Notes: generated from the letters alone by a model not told the origin. A DNA stretch of 64,000 nt from Camelus dromedarius (GCF_036321535.1 NC_087453.1:24056001-24120000); one strand, 5' to 3'. Positions 13,623 through 27,042 are shown, counted from the stretch's first letter. Translations and numbers: made by a program.

Positions 13623-14857
13623 CCCAGATGCAGGTGGCCACCCAGCCTCTCTTGTCTGTTTCCTTGGCATGGGTCTGCTTTTCTCAGCAGTTCTGCAACT
13701 CTAAACCATGCCTCTCGGCAGCTTTCTTGTACCTTGGGCTTTTTCAACAGCTCCAGATTTCAGCAAGTATTCCCTGCCCCATATCTGCTCTTGGGTGTTA
13801 GCAGGCCTGAGGACCCAGGACACAGGCTCAGCCTTGAGAGCGCTGGCTGGAAGCACATTCTGGACACTGAGGACTCAGGCCAGGACCAAAGTGGGGGTTG
13901 TCAGAAAGACATTGCTGGGAACCAGAACAGAGCAAACAATTCTACCCAGATGTACAGAGGCTCAGAAGTGAAAGCCTTCCCCCTTGGAGGCTGCAGGGCC
14001 TCACCCGGGCTGGGCAGGGCAGCTTTTGGCTCCTAGGGTTGCCTAATTGGGTGACACCCCAACCGTCCTCCATCCTCTCCTAGGCACTTCCTGGCTCTCT
14101 TGTCTCAGAGTTTGGGAGGAGAGGTGGTAAAGAGGCAAGATTCCCAGGCTCACTTACCCACCTCCCAGGATGAACCCCAGTTGTCCCCCTGAGACATGTT
14201 CCCTAGACCTCAAAGTTCTAGCTGTCTGACGCTGGAAGCCACTTTTTGGATGCACTGTCTAGGGAGCCCAGTGTCTAGGCAGGCCTCAGGCTTTCTTCTC
14301 TCCCCTTCTGATAGCGCTCCTTGGCTCTGGAAACCCTGTCCTTCTGACCCATGAGCCCATGCTCTGCAGCCCTCTGGACACACACTTGCCAAGGCAGATG
14401 GGCTGATCCTGTCCTTTAGAGGCCTCCACTTTCTTCTCTTGTGTTCTGGCCAATCCCTGGGATTCATCTCACCTGGACCCATAACACGGGTAGCATCGGG
14501 TCATCCTGCCTTCTTCTCAGTACTCACCTGGCCTCCCCTCAGTTCCTGCTTTCAGCCCGTGTTGCAGAACCCTGGGGCCTGCCAGCCATGCCCTGCTCCA
14601 CTCAGGCCCCAGGCAGTTTCCACTTTCCCGGGCCCTCGCAGCCTGAGCACCAGCAGGGCTCTCATCTGTGCCAGATGCAGGTTATTACTGGATGGTGGTC
14701 ACATTCTGGTTCCTGGAATGGGTCAGGTGCTGTGATTGGCATAAATAAGTTGTGATCTTTGTCTTCAAAGGTCTCACAACTATGCTCAAGCCACCATTTG
14801 AGTCAGCACTGCCCACTCCCTGACCCACAGCAGGCAGCACTAATCAATTATGGTATT

Positions 14858-15232
14858 TGCTATGGACTGAATCATGTCCTCCCAAAATTCATACGTAGCG
14901 CCTAACCCCACCCCCTTTGTGGCTATAGCTGGAGATCAAGCCTTCAAGGAGGTGATTAAGGTTAAATAAGGTCATAAGAGTGGGGCCCTAGTCTGATAGA
15001 ACTGGTGTCTTTGTACGAAGAGGAAGCGACTCCAGAGCTCTCTCTCCACCGTGTGAGGACACAGCAGGAAGGCGGCCATCTACGAGTCGGGACAAGGGTC
15101 CTCACCAGGAATCAAACCAGTGCACACCACGATCTGGGACTTCTAGCTTCCAGAACCATGAGAAAATAAATTTCTTTTGTTCAAGCTGCCTCGTGTATGG
15201 TATATTGTTCTGGCAGCCCAGGCTGACTAATA
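14858..15232 (+). mobile_element. MLT1A-like MaLR solo LTR
   Basis: TGCTATGGACTGAAT start, GAGGTGATTAAGGTTAAAT, AAATAAATTTC, GGCAGCCCAGGCTGACTAATA end. Confidence 0.85.
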
Positions 15233-15251
15233 TGGTGTTCTTTCCCATGTC

Positions 15252-15378
15252 TTTTTTGGGGGAGGAGGTGGGGAGGTATTTAGATTTATTTGTTTATTTA
15301 TGTAACAGAGATACTGGCAATTGAACCCAGGACTTTGTGCGTGTTAAGCGTACGCTCTACCACTGAGCTACCCTCCCC
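15252..15378 (-). mobile_element. tRNA-Ala-derived camelid SINE (Vic-1-like)
   Basis: minus strand GGGGAGGGTAGCTCAGTGGTAGAGC...GTCCTGGGTTCAATTGCCAGTA plus A-rich tail. Confidence 0.85.
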
Positions 15379-16269
15379 ATCCTTTTCCCACATCTTAGTT
15401 TTGGTTCCCCTAGAAGCACAACCTGAGACAAGTTCCCTGCTGGAGAACTCTAGAAGACAGTATAGAACACACCTCAGATTTTTCCCACCCAAGGGGCAAA
15501 GGATCTAGGATATTGATCCTAGTGGTCAGAGGCTTCTGGGGCAGTGGGAAGGGAGCACTGCCTTCCTGCACTTGCAGTTGGCCTCATGGGTGGTAAAACA
15601 GGTCCCAGAAGCTGGAGAAAGTTCTCAGGCAAAGAGATGCGGTGCTGGCAGAGCCAGACAGGTGTACACTGAAGAGGTAAAGATGAGGGGGTCTGGATGG
15701 AGCACAGCAGTGTCTGCACTGGAGGTGGCCCCTGGCAGTCAGCCTGTGGGAGAGAAAGTGGTTTCTCCTAGTTGAAGTAAGTTTAAGATGAGCATAAATT
15801 TTTCATTATCTGCAGGTCCCACCTCTCCTGGGACCAGGTGACAGAAAGTCTGCCCAGACTGTTTCCAATTGAGGTACCAAGATGTCAGGTGACAAAGCGA
15901 CCCTCTCAGCATCAACCCTCCCCCAGGATTTTTTCCTTCAGAGCCAATGGGGATGGGAGTGAGATGGGGGTCAGAGGCTTGGTTGCTTGCCCACTAAGAG
16001 AGAGCAACCCCAGGAGAACCTCTGCTTCCCTTTTACATGTGTTTCCCAGCAGAAGCAGGCTGCCGTGCTCTGCGTCCTCTAATATCTTCTGGGGCTGCAC
16101 CTGGCTCAGACAGGACCCCCTGGGGATAGGTCACTGACTTGGGAAGCACGCAGCCGCATTGACAAGCCCTACTGCTGACTGTTCTACAAAGCATCCTCTG
16201 TCTTTCCAGCTCTGCCCATATTGGCGTGACCCTTAGATTCTTCCAAAAAGAAAAATCTCCTAGAAAGAT

Positions 16270-16740
16270 GGAAACTGCCATATACTGGGGAAAGGATGGT
16301 CTTCTCAATAAATGGCACTGGGCCAACTGGATATTCCTACGAAAAAATTAAACTTGACCTCTACTGCACACCATGCACAAGGAATCAATACAATGTTGAA
16401 TAGAAGTAGTGTTAATGGACAATCCTGATCTTAGAAGGTAAAGCTTTTTTTTTTTTTAAGTTAACTTTTAACATTAAGTATCATGTTCGGTTTCAGAGAT
16501 ACCCTATTCCTAATTTTCTAAAAAAAAAATTTATGAATTATGAATAGAAGCCACATTTTATGAAATGCTTCTGTGTGCATACATTGAGAAAATCATACTT
16601 TCTCCATTATTTTGTTAATGTGCTGAATTGCATTCATTGTATGTCTAATGTTAAACTATTGCATTAGCTGTCTAATTGTATGTTTAACGGTAAACGCACA
16701 TATATCCTTTACCCAGGGTATACCATTTGTTAACATGTGG
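16270..16740. mobile_element. old L1 ORF2 fragments (mixed orientation)
   Basis: CTCAATAAATGG..CTGGGCCAACTGGATA (plus) and ACAATGTTGAATAGAAGT (minus) L1 motifs. Confidence 0.65.
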
Positions 16741-19700
16741 CTCCATTCTCTTTCTTTCTGTTTCTCTCTGTCTCTCTCTCTCTATTTCTTTCTCTTTTCT
16801 TTCTTTATACTCTTCTCCTAGAAGACACCCATTGGCCCTCACCTCCCCACTTCTCTTCAGGAAGTTAGGTTTCTGGGAAACAAAATGCAGAGACCTGCAG
16901 ACCACTTCAGTACTTCACTGTCATGTTACTTTTTGCTATCTTTGGGACTAGGGGAGGGAAAAACACACGAACAAAAACAAATCAATCCCTCACTAAGTCA
17001 TTCTACCTAGCCTGTCTCTCCTCAGCTGAACTCTCAGCTCTGGGTCCCTGCTTTTGGAGTTCCAGAAAGGCACGAGTGGCCTCTGTGCAGGAACCGCTGC
17101 CTCCACTCACTTCCCAAAGGGGAAGATGTCCAAGCCTCTCCTCCCCCCGCGCCTTGCCAGGGAGATGGGGTGGGGGTAGGTTCTGGGTTTAGAGCTGCAG
17201 GGGTTGCCAAGGGGAAGGGGGGGCCTTCTGAGTACACAGACACCCCCCTCCACTGGAGACAGAATGGAAGGAGCTTCGTGACTCTAAAGATAGAGAAGAG
17301 GCTTCTCAGCAGGGCAGTATCAGAAACAGGACCGTTTTTGCACACTTTTTGACTGTTTTATTCCTTGAGAGAGAAAGAGCCAAGTGTTTAAAAGGGGAAG
17401 GAAAACACCGTCCAGGAGCAGGTCTGTTGTTCCCTGGCGCCCAGCATCCTGGCCTCCTGATTCTCCAGAGCCTTTCCTTCCTGTTCCCTGCCAGCCAGGG
17501 AGTGAACGCTGCTCCTGAGGCACCCTTGGCTGTGCAGAGGGCCCCTCGGGCTGGGCTGCCAGGGCTCCCAGGCACGGTGTGGATTCCTCCCCATGGCCAT
17601 GTTGTTAGGGGCTGTCTGTCCATTTGGCACCAAGGCCAAGGGCCATGCCGTAGTGGGCAGCCGTCCAGTGAGTCCAGTTCCTGAAGGCCTGCCTCGGGGT
17701 GGAGGGGAGGGCAGGAAAGCCCTCTGGCCTGGGTCCCTGTCCCTGTCCCTGTCGCCTCTCTCGGGGCCCCGCCCACCCGGGAGCCTAAACCCTCTCCGCA
17801 CATCCACCCGCTAGCTCAGGGCCTGAGTCCACCTTCAGGTGGGTGGAGGAGGCTCTGGCCACTTTGGGGCTGGCACTGATTCAAGCAGAGCCAGCTTTGG
17901 CTTCTGTGGTGAAAGCGGGTTTGTCTGGGCTATTCCCCAGCCCTTCCTGGATCGGGGCCTAGAGGGCCACCTCCCAAGACAAACTGTGGCTGCCAGTGGA
18001 ATGTGGTCCAGGGGCTGCTCAGCCAGCCTGTCAGAGGAGCCTCTGCCGGTTCTGCAACGTGGAGCCATCAGGGGTCCCCAGGGTCAGGTCAGGCCAGGCC
18101 GGAAGCAGGTACCAAGAGGCAGGTACCAAGAGGCTACCAGGCTACCAGGCCTATCTCTCTGCCCTTTTTTGAGTGAGGTGGGGGCATCCCCTCTCTTGGT
18201 CTCACCTAAAAACCAAAAACCTATAATCAAGCTTTCAGGTTGACAGAATTCTTCCAAATCCGCTTCCTGCGGGGGAGCAGCTCAGTAGCAGCAGGTGGGC
18301 GATGAGGGGTTGCAGGGAGCTGTGTGCACGTGCGTGCGTGCGTGTGTGCCTGTGTGTGGATGTGGATGGGGGCTGCCAGGACAAGATGAAGGACAGCAGC
18401 AAGGTCTCTCTTTCCCTCATCTCAGCCCAGGAATAAGGAGGTGACATTGCCATTAGATCCATAGCTTATGCAGCACTTGCTATCAGCCATCCCCTCAGGC
18501 GGGTTCCCTGGAAGCAGAGCCTGGAGTGGCAGTCGGGCGCACGTGAAAGTGCTCCCTGGAAGAAGAGGGCCGAGGGGGACAGACTAGGGCAGCGGGAAGA
18601 GCTGAGTAAGAATTGTGGTGTCAGTGGAGTCTAACATCACGCCACAGGGAGCCCTGGAGCATGAAGGGCATGACAGTTGGACCCTCTTTGTAGCAAGGAG
18701 ATGGCTCTAATACCCCTGTGCCAGTCAGTCATCGGCTGCAGGCTGCCAGAGCCGGGGAGAGCATGGAACCCCTGGGTCCAACAGCTCCCGCTTGGCCAAG
18801 AGCAATCCTTAAGGGCAGGGTAGCAGTGAACATTCCCAGAGTTAGGGGATGGGTGCAGTGTGGATGAGGAGGATCTGGTGAGACACTAAGGGCCTCCACT
18901 CCACCCATCTACCTAGTGCTTCCACGAGCAAGGGCCAGGCCTTTCTTCACGGCACCAGGGCTATTTGGGTGGTAAGGACCCCACCTTCTGTTTCAAGCAA
19001 GGGTTATAAGGAGTGTCCTGAGCTGCTGACAAACAAAGGACAAGGGTCTACCAGGGAGATCAGCCGAAGCTGTGCGGAGCTCTGTACCAGAGGTGGACAC
19101 ATAGCCAGTGGAGCAGCTGACTCAGTGGTGGTTCCTCATTGGGAGGGTGATGGGTGGGGTCTACATCGGCTCTGCTGATGTGAAGCTCCCTATTCGTTGC
19201 CACAGATGTCTCCAAAAGCTGACCAACCCTCTTGTGCCTGTCCTTGTCCCCCTCCCAATTCGGGCCCCATTTCCCTTCTCCTCTACCTCCCAAGTCAGGG
19301 GACCATCAGCTGGTCCCCTAGGAAAGGAGAGATGGCAGTCTTGCTGTCCATCTAGTCTCTTTCCAAGGTGTCACCTTGGCGTCACCTCCTGTTTTCCTCA
19401 AGTCCTCCCTTCTTACACAGAAGAGCCAATTCCTCAAACAAAACCAAGACTACTGAGCCTGCTCTGTTCTCCCTCTGAGCTGCTGGATAGCGAGCTCAGT
19501 TCTCCTGTGGGCGATGTAGACACTACTGATCTGCTGGGGGAAGATCACAGAAATGAGAAAAGAGAGGAGGAGGGAAGTCCAAGGGGATGCAGGACAGTGC
19601 CCCGAAGGTAAAGACAGCAGTGGGCTCCACAGCAGGAGCCTGGGAAGGGGGCACTCACTCCCCAGGAAAGCCAGCCAGAGGGAGCCTTAGGCAAAAATAA

Positions 19701-19779
19701 AAGATGTGTGGAAAGTACTTTATGCACCAAAAACAAACAAACAAAACAAGCAAAAGAGCAGGAGAGACCCCCACATGGG

Positions 19780-21260
19780 AGGAGATGGACTAGATGTACT
19801 TTCCCCTCTCCTTTCTGCTGAGTACAACTTAAAACCTTGGACATACATGAAACAAATTGTGAAAGGTCTCCGAACGGTGCAGACAAGGAGGCAGATTATC
19901 TGGGGACCTCAGTATCTCAGGAAAGACACTACGGTGAGTTCTGTGGGTTTTCTTTTCACCTCATGTATCCCAGGTTTGGAAATGAAGCTGGCAAACTCAG
20001 AAATGCCAATGGGTACAAAGAACATCAAAAGGCCCCAACAAAATCCTGCTGTCTCTCTAATCAAGAGACCAAGAAAGGAGCAAACTGGTAAGAAAGAAAA
20101 TTTTAGACAAAAATGTTTCTATTCCAGCCAAAGCCCCGAGAAGAAACTGTAGCCCCACCTACACACGCACCAGCAAAGACCCAATGGGGACCCTCGGTTT
20201 CCACCCTGCCCAGGCTGCAAGGAGGTACCCCAACACCCTCGCCAGCGTGGTGTCAGAGAAGACCAAGTAAAGGGCCAAAATTTTCATCCCCACTGGCCGG
20301 GGATGAGGCCTCCCCACAGCCCTACTCTCATGTTCTTACAAGCTCCTCAGGGAAAACCGTGTGAAGGGCCCAGGCTCCACCCCACTCAGCAGTGACAAAG
20401 GGCCTCTCACCCTCCCTGCTGGGATGGTGTCACAGGAAGCCTAATGGAGAATCAGGACTTTAACCATGGTCCAGAGGTCAGAAGGCTATCTCCAACCCAT
20501 GGTGTCAGTGGAGATCACACTTGGAGCCAGACCTCCCACCTCTGCCCATCAGTGAATAGGAACACTGCCCCCCAGGTGTCAACAATGGTCAAGTGAGAAA
20601 CTTAGACTTTCTACCTCCACCTGGCAGCCCACCGCCTTGCCCTGGCAGATGGGTAGCAGAAGAAGCCAGTTGAAACATAAAATTTAAATAAGATCTAGAG
20701 TCTCATAGCACAGTGCAAAAATGTCCACGTTTCAAACAAAACCATTCATTGAACCAAGAACAGGAAGATCATAAAATGAACGGGAAAAGACCACCCACAG
20801 ATGCCACATCAAGATGGCAGGGATAGTAGACTTCTCTGACAAAGATAAAACAATCATGATAAAAATGCTTCTGCAAATGATTACAAATACACTTAAATTA
20901 AAAATTGCAAAGAAATAGAAAATACCTGTGAAGAAATAAAGCACATGAAGAAAAGAGACAAATTGAAATATTATCATTGAAAATTACAATAACTTGAAAT
21001 AAAGAGCTCCGTGGATGGGCTCAACAACAGAACGGGGGACGCGGGAGGAGAGCATTAGTGGACAGAGGACAAAGTAATGGAAAGGACCAAATCTGAACAG
21101 AAAGCAAACAGACTGAAAAGATAAACAAGAAGCCCCTCAGAGACCTGTGGGGCTATGACAAAAGAGCTAACATCAGTTAATGTCACCGGAGCCCCAGAAG
21201 GAAAGGAGAAAGAAGGTAGGACTGAAAAAGTACTTGAAAAAAATAGCTGAAGAATGTTCA
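19780..21260 (+). mobile_element. ancient L1M 5'UTR plus ORF1 remnant
   Basis: starts AGATGGACTAGATGTACTTTCCCC; repeated GGTGTCAG..GGAG subunits; then A-rich ORF1-like sequence. Confidence 0.75.
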
Positions 21261-21509
21261 TGCCTCACTCAGGTCTTAAAGTCTCCAACCGCTGAAAAAG
21301 ACCTTGTTTGAAATTGAATTAGTAACCTAACTCCATATATTTGTGTTTCTTATAAAGCTGTGATTAAAAGAACATCTGTAACTTCCAAGTTCCAAGAAGC
21401 CTGAGGAATTGGGTCACTATACTGGATGTGCTCCTGCAATCCTTCCTAGACGCAGTGTTTGGTAAGCCATAGTTTGACATTAAATTTTGAGTCTGTGGAC
21501 TTGATTTTT

Positions 21510-22570
21510 TTTAAGATGTATCATAAAGCTACAGTAATCCAGACAGTGTGGTATTAGTAAAAGAAGACATGGGTACTAATGCAATAGACTAAAAATTCCA
21601 GAAACAGACCCACAAAAATATGGTCAACAGATTTTTAACAAGGCATAAAGGCATTTCAATGGAGAAAGAACAGTCTTTTCAACAAAAAGTGCTGTAAAAA
21701 CTGGACCTCTATTTGCAAAATAACAAACCTCAATTTACATCTCATATATATAAAAATTAACTCAAAGAGATTATGAATCTAAAAGTAATGTGTAAAACTA
21801 TAAAATCTCAGAAGAATGGATAAAGATGTGGTGTTAAACACAGTGAAATACTACTCAATAATAAAAAATGAAATAATGCCATTTGCAGCAATGTGAAAGG
21901 ACCTAGAAATTATCATACTAAGTAAGTCAGAAAGAGAAAGACAAATACCATATATCACTTATATATCGAATCTAAAACATGATACAAATGAAATTATTTA
22001 CAAAATAAAAACAGACTCACAGACACAGAAAACAAATTTATGGTTACCAGAGGGGAAATGGGGTGGGGGCGGGATAAATTAAGAGTTTGGGAGTTACTAT
22101 ATATAAAATGGATAAACAACAAGGTCCTACTGTATAGCACAGGGAACTATATTCTATATTCTGTAATAAACCATAATGGAAAAGAATATGAAAAAGAATA
22201 TATATATATAACTGAATCACTTTGCTGTACACCAGAAACTGACACAGCATTGTAAATCAGCTATAATTCAATAAAAACTTTTTTAAAAACTCTCAGAAGA
22301 AAACATAGGAAAAAACCTTCATGATTTTTGGTTAGTCAAAGAATTACCAGATAGGACACAAAAAATACCATCATCTATAAAAGAAAAAAATTGATAAACC
22401 AAATTATCAAAATTTAAAACTTCTCTGCAAAGAACTCTAGCAAGAGAATAAAGTGACAAGCAAGAGACTGGGAGAAGATATTTGCAAATCACATATCAGA
22501 CAAAGGACTTATATCCTACTCGCAACATTCAAAAATAAGAAAACAAACTACCCAAGTTTTTAAATAGACA
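21510..22570 (+). mobile_element. old L1 ORF2 remnant interrupted by a younger L1
   Basis: AAAGCTACAGTAATCCAGACAGTGTGGTATT, CAGAAACAGACCCACA, GGGAGAAGATATTTGCAAATCA motifs. Confidence 0.75.
21817..22290 (+). mobile_element. 5'-truncated cetartiodactyl-type L1 3' end with TSD
   Basis: GGTCCTACTGTATAGCACAGGGAACTATATTC, CAATAAAA tail; TSD TCTCAGAAGAA at 21806-21816 and 22291-22301. Confidence 0.85.
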
Positions 22571-23490
22571 AAAGAACCCTTTGTGGTCCCTATACAGGAT
22601 GAACTGCTGCCTTCTTGCTGCTTTTAAGATTCTCTTTTTGTCTTTGGTTTTTTGACAGTTTGATAATATGTCTAGATGTAGATCTCTTTAGGTTTATCCT
22701 CCTGAAGGTCCATTGAGCTAAAGCAAAAATTGAGGAACAGAAAAGTAATCGGTGGTTGCCTAGAGTTGGGATGGGAGGAGAGTCCAAATGTAAGGGACAG
22801 CACAAGGGAATTATTTATGTCTGTGTCTATGGTGGTGGTTCTAAGAATCTGTGTAAGTGACTCATTGAAGTATACATTTAAAAAGTGGGTTTTATTATAT
22901 GTAATATTTTAATAAATGAAAACAAGAACTTTTTAAGTTTATAAAATGTTCACACAAAGTTTAACATATATTTCTAAGTGAACACCAAAGGATTCCCACC
23001 AGATAAAGGAAACGAATATTGCTAACACTTCAGATGTGTCCCCTCACCCCCGCCCCCGCCATGTTCTCCTCCTTGTCTGTTACTCCATTGCTCCTCCCAG
23101 AATCAATCACTATCCTAACTTTTATCATAATCATGTCTTTGCTTTTATTATTTTATGTCTCCATAAACAATATGATTCAATTTTCCTTTGTGTTTTGCTT
23201 ATTTCACTCAAAATTGTTTTTTTGAGAATCATCCATGTTGTGTACAGTAGCTGTTTGCTTTCACTCCTGTATATAATTCCGCTGCCTAAATGTACTATTT
23301 TCCATTCTCCATTCTTCTCTTGAGGGACTTTTGGGCTGATTCCAGTTTGGGTCTATTACAAATAAAGCTGCTGTGAGCATTCATGTATCTTTTTGTACAC
23401 GTGCAAGAGTGTCTCGATGTATATATTGTACACCCAGGAATAGGGACACGTGTGCCTGCAGTTTTGCTAGATTAGGTGAAATGCTCTTCA
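22571..23490. mobile_element. additional L1 fragments
   Basis: GACAGTTTGATAATATGTCTAG; TTGAGAATCATCCATGTTG; ATTACAAATAAAGCTGCTGTGAGCATTC L1 motifs. Confidence 0.6.
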
Positions 23491-23493
23491 TCC

Positions 23494-24072
23494 TGTGATG
23501 TATGTCGGGTGTAAAGCAAAGGCAAACACCTCTAATGATACGTGGCAGGCATAAATAAGGGTTTATTGGAGGGAACTTCTAGGCAAAGAGTTGGGATAAA
23601 CGCATATAATGCCCCCAAAGTCCCATTATCCAAAAGGTGGCTTGCCAGCCAGGAAGGGCTGATCTCACTGTTTAAAAAGCACCAGAATTTGGGGAAGGTA
23701 TATCTCAAGTGGTAGAGCGCATGCTTAGCATGCACAAGGTCCTGGGTTCAATCCCCAGTACCTCCATTAAAAAAATAATAAAATAATTGCCCAGCTCCCC
23801 CACCAAAAAAAAAAAAAGCTCCAGGAGAGGGACTCCATTCTCATAGCACTTTACCTATTTATGAGGATGGTAGGAGGAACCTGGGGACCCCTTGACAACT
23901 ATGTAATAGAGGGAGTTTCCGGCCAGGGAAATGTCTTGCTAGAAGTGGGGAAAATCCAGAGCTTGGAGTTCACATGCCATTTCGGTTATGCTGCACTAGC
24001 CCTTTCCAGGCTACCTAAGAGAGAAGGGAGAGATCACTGGAAACTTCCAGCAGTCAAGCCTGGGTGTGTTCA
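23494..24072 (-). mobile_element. probable ERV solo LTR (antisense) containing a SINE
   Basis: TG...CA ends and minus-strand AATAAA (plus TTTATT near 23561), between L1 pieces; boundaries uncertain, no clean TSD. Confidence 0.45.
23691..23817 (+). mobile_element. tRNA-Ala-derived camelid SINE (Vic-1-like)
   Basis: GGGGAAGGTATATCTCAAGTGGTAGAGCGCATGCTTAGCATGCACAAGGTCCTGGGTTCAATCCCCAGTACCTCC plus A tail; imperfect flanking repeat AAAAAGC(A/T)CCAG. Confidence 0.9.
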
Positions 24073-24345
24073 GTTATATCATTATATAATGTCACTTTGT
24101 CTCTGGTAATTTTCTTTGCCCTGAAGTCAACTTTGTCTGATATTAAGATAGCCACTCCTGCTTTCCTTTGTTTAATGTTTGTGTGATGCATCTTTTTTCA
24201 TTCTTTTACTTTCAAGGTGTCTATATCTTTACACTTAAAGTGAATTTACTGTAATATATAGTCGTATCATGTCTTTTAATCTGCTTTGCCAATAAACTGT
24301 GCGCTTATGTGTACTTTTCAGTATATGCATTAAACTTCGATGAAC
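24073..24345 (-). mobile_element. L1M ORF2 fragment
   Basis: CTTTGTCTGATATTAAGATAGCCACTCCTGCTTTCC motif. Confidence 0.7.
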
Positions 24346-24541
24346 CAAAACAATTTTTTGAAAAGGTGATGCTTGGAGGTGGGGAGAAAAGGAGCAGAGA
24401 GATGGGAGATGTGGCACTAAATCCCTCTTAGTGATCTGAGATTGAAAATATGAGAGGCAGAGACAGACATCTTGAGAAACAGAGACAATACCACAGCCCG
24501 GCGCTAGGCAGCGCTTACACAACAGGCTTCGTGGATGTATT

Positions 24542-25015
24542 TGTGCCATATTTTGCCTGTTAGTATTTGCCCCATTCCTGCTCTTGCAAGCTCTCCTCCA
24601 AACTGCAGGGGGCTTAGGAACCTGGAAACTACATTTTGTGGGCTACTTTGCAAACTAGGTTACAGTTAGATTTTTGCCAGTGGACTTCATATGTTGGAGT
24701 TTAGAAAGTGGAAGGAAAGGAAAAATTATTCTACTTCTGACTCTAGCCATGGCAGGTGACCATAAGTAATCCCTGCTGGCCTACGTGGCCACAGGTGACG
24801 GTGATGGTGGTTCCCAGCATCAGAATCAGCAGGGACAAGCTTATCAACACCAGACCAAGGGTGTTCTCAGCTTCCTGACTTCTAAGTTAAAAACTCCTTC
24901 TCCATTTTTCTCACCCAGCTCTTCCAACATCTTTATATCCAATATCCAGCATTAAATTTCCCTCTGCTTGAAATACCTAAAGCAGGTTGTTCTCTTGGCA
25001 AGATATTGACACAGA
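24542..25015 (+). mobile_element. old ERVL-class LTR (LTR16/33-like)
   Basis: TGTGCC start, GAAACTACATTTT, CATTAAATTTCCCTCTGCTTGAAATACC near the end. Confidence 0.55.
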
Positions 25016-25660
25016 CCTTACCCTGCGGTCTGAAAGACACTAATCAAATCCTGCCATTTGCCAACACTCTCCAAAAATGGCAGTGAAGCAAATTCAAATG
25101 CTTTCATCTGTTCTCTTTGGTTCTCTCCTTCATGGGGCTGTCCTTGGCCTCCCTTCCATCTAAACTCCAAGAACCATCACCTCTATCGCATCCTGACAGT
25201 TGAGTCCCCGTTGGTCTCCTGTGCTGTATTTCCCTCCCCTGTGTGCAACTCCCTGTCTAGGATCCCACAGCAGGCAGCCTCCGCCCTGGCGCGCCTCACA
25301 CTATACTTAACAGTCCCGGCTCTTGACTGGGAGCCCCAGGAGGTTGGATGAACACCGTTTATCCTCGGCTCTTTGCATGCTTGGCCCTGAGCAGGGGCTT
25401 ACAGAATGTTTAACGGTACCACCAGCAGTGGCGCCTGCTGCAGAAGTTAAGGAGCTGATGAGACGAGTGCCTCTGCCAAGCCCTCGTTCAGTAAGAACCC
25501 AGGTGGGATCTGCTTTCTACACTTTTTCCAGAAGTCAACTAATGAGAGGATGCAAGCATGTGCAGAATAGGACCCAGGAGGAGGGGATGTCAAGGCCTGG
25601 CCCAGGGGGAGGACCTGGGACACAGACACCACGGGAAGATTGGCTGAGGTACCACGCAGC

Positions 25661-25666
25661 TTTAAT
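25661..25666 (-). terminator. probable CPXM1 polyA signal ATTAAA
   Basis: plus TTTAAT about 120 nt downstream of the stop. Confidence 0.6.
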
Positions 25667-25788
25667 GAGCCCAAGCGCCTCTTCCCCCACTTCGTCCCTC
25701 CCCCCACCCCCGCCCCACCCTCGGCATCTCCTCCAGTTCTGGACAGGACCAGCCTGCCCAAGGCTCTGGGGCTTTTCAGCTGGAGGTG

Positions 25789-26030
25789 TTAATTCTTCTG
25801 TCCCCTCAGCCGCTCCAGCCGCCTCCGAAGATCCGGGGGCACCTTGGCCCCGGCTGCCAGCAGCTCGCGAAGTCTCTGTTTGGGAGTCTTGGTGAGACGG
25901 AAATTGCAGGGCACAGGGCCCTCTTCAAAGGTGACCCGGCAGCTCCGTGTCACTGTGTGGTAGCCCTCAGCACTGGCGGTCACCATGTAGTCCCCAGGGG
26001 TCAGCAGGCGCCAGTAGTCCCCACCCCATG
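25789..26030 (-). CDS. CPXM1: CPXM1 exon 14
   Basis: AWGGDYWRLLTPGDYMVTASAEGY...RLRGQKN-TAA; cag acceptor. Confidence 0.96.
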
Positions 26031-26130
26031 CTGAGGAGAGAAGGGTAAGATCACAGTCCAGTGACCCTCAGCTTCTGGCCCAGGCTAGACCCTCCCCCAC
26101 CACCACCACCCCGTCCCCCCACACACATAC

Positions 26131-26233
26131 CCGTTGTTACATCATGGTTGATCCCATCCACCGCAATGACAGCATCAGCAATCCCGAGCTCCGTGTCCTT
26201 GTCCCTCACGACTCCCGCAATGCCCATGCGCAC
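26131..26233 (-). CDS. CPXM1: CPXM1 exon 13
   Basis: 103 bp; VRMGIAGVVRDKDTELGIADAVIAVDGINHDVTT; AG/GT. Confidence 0.96.
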
Positions 26234-26853
26234 CTGCGTGGGAAAAGGTTTTCAAATCCCCTTCCCTTCTGCATGAAAATGTGACTTTCAGTTCATTTTC
26301 TGGCTCTGTTCCCTGCAAATCTGATAGAGGCAGTATGTGTACTCCATTCCCAGGTGACAATACTCTGGTGAAAACGTCTCCTGACTGATAAATTGCATCT
26401 GGCCCGGGAGAACTAAGTACCCAGCAGGAGGGCATATCTTTGGGCTTCCCCAAGTTCAATGACTCTTGTTATTGGGCTTGTCATTTAGAACCTTGGACAC
26501 TATACTCATGGAGCCATTTCCAGGGACATGAGTTCCTGTGGAAAGTGCAGCGTCTGTGCCAGGGCACCTCCTAGACTTGCATCATCTGAGCCTTTTCTCA
26601 GAACAGCTCTGGGTCGGCTCCATGGACCACTGCCAAGACTGCTGTCAGGTCTACTCCGACCCGCTAACAATGTCCGCCGCCGCCCTACTGGCAAACCGTG
26701 CTTCCTGTCCTACATCTCTCCGGGTCAGTCTGGTGCCAAGTGTGACCCACAGCACCTGTGAGTCAGGACGTTCAGCCTGACCTTAGGAGACTCCTGTTGG
26801 CAGCTGCAACCGACATGGAGAACAGAAGGGCCAGGAGTGACCCAGGCAGGCTA

Positions 26854-27042
<189 letters not shown>

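Noticed and set aside
19060-19293. LWYRAP kinase-like hexapeptide in a minus ORF
   Set aside because: Followed by H then a stop, with no other kinase motifs; chance match.
19823-20224. Apparent mini-gene with two exactly 40-bp GT-AG 'introns' (19934-19973, 20088-20127) and open frames
   Set aside because: The sequence follows the old L1M 5'UTR consensus as I recall it; 40 nt is below normal mammalian intron size.
23691-23770. tRNA-Ala(AGC)-like gene (also at 15300-15378 and 43855-43932)
   Set aside because: No acceptor-stem pairing, A-rich tails and multiple diverged copies indicate a SINE.
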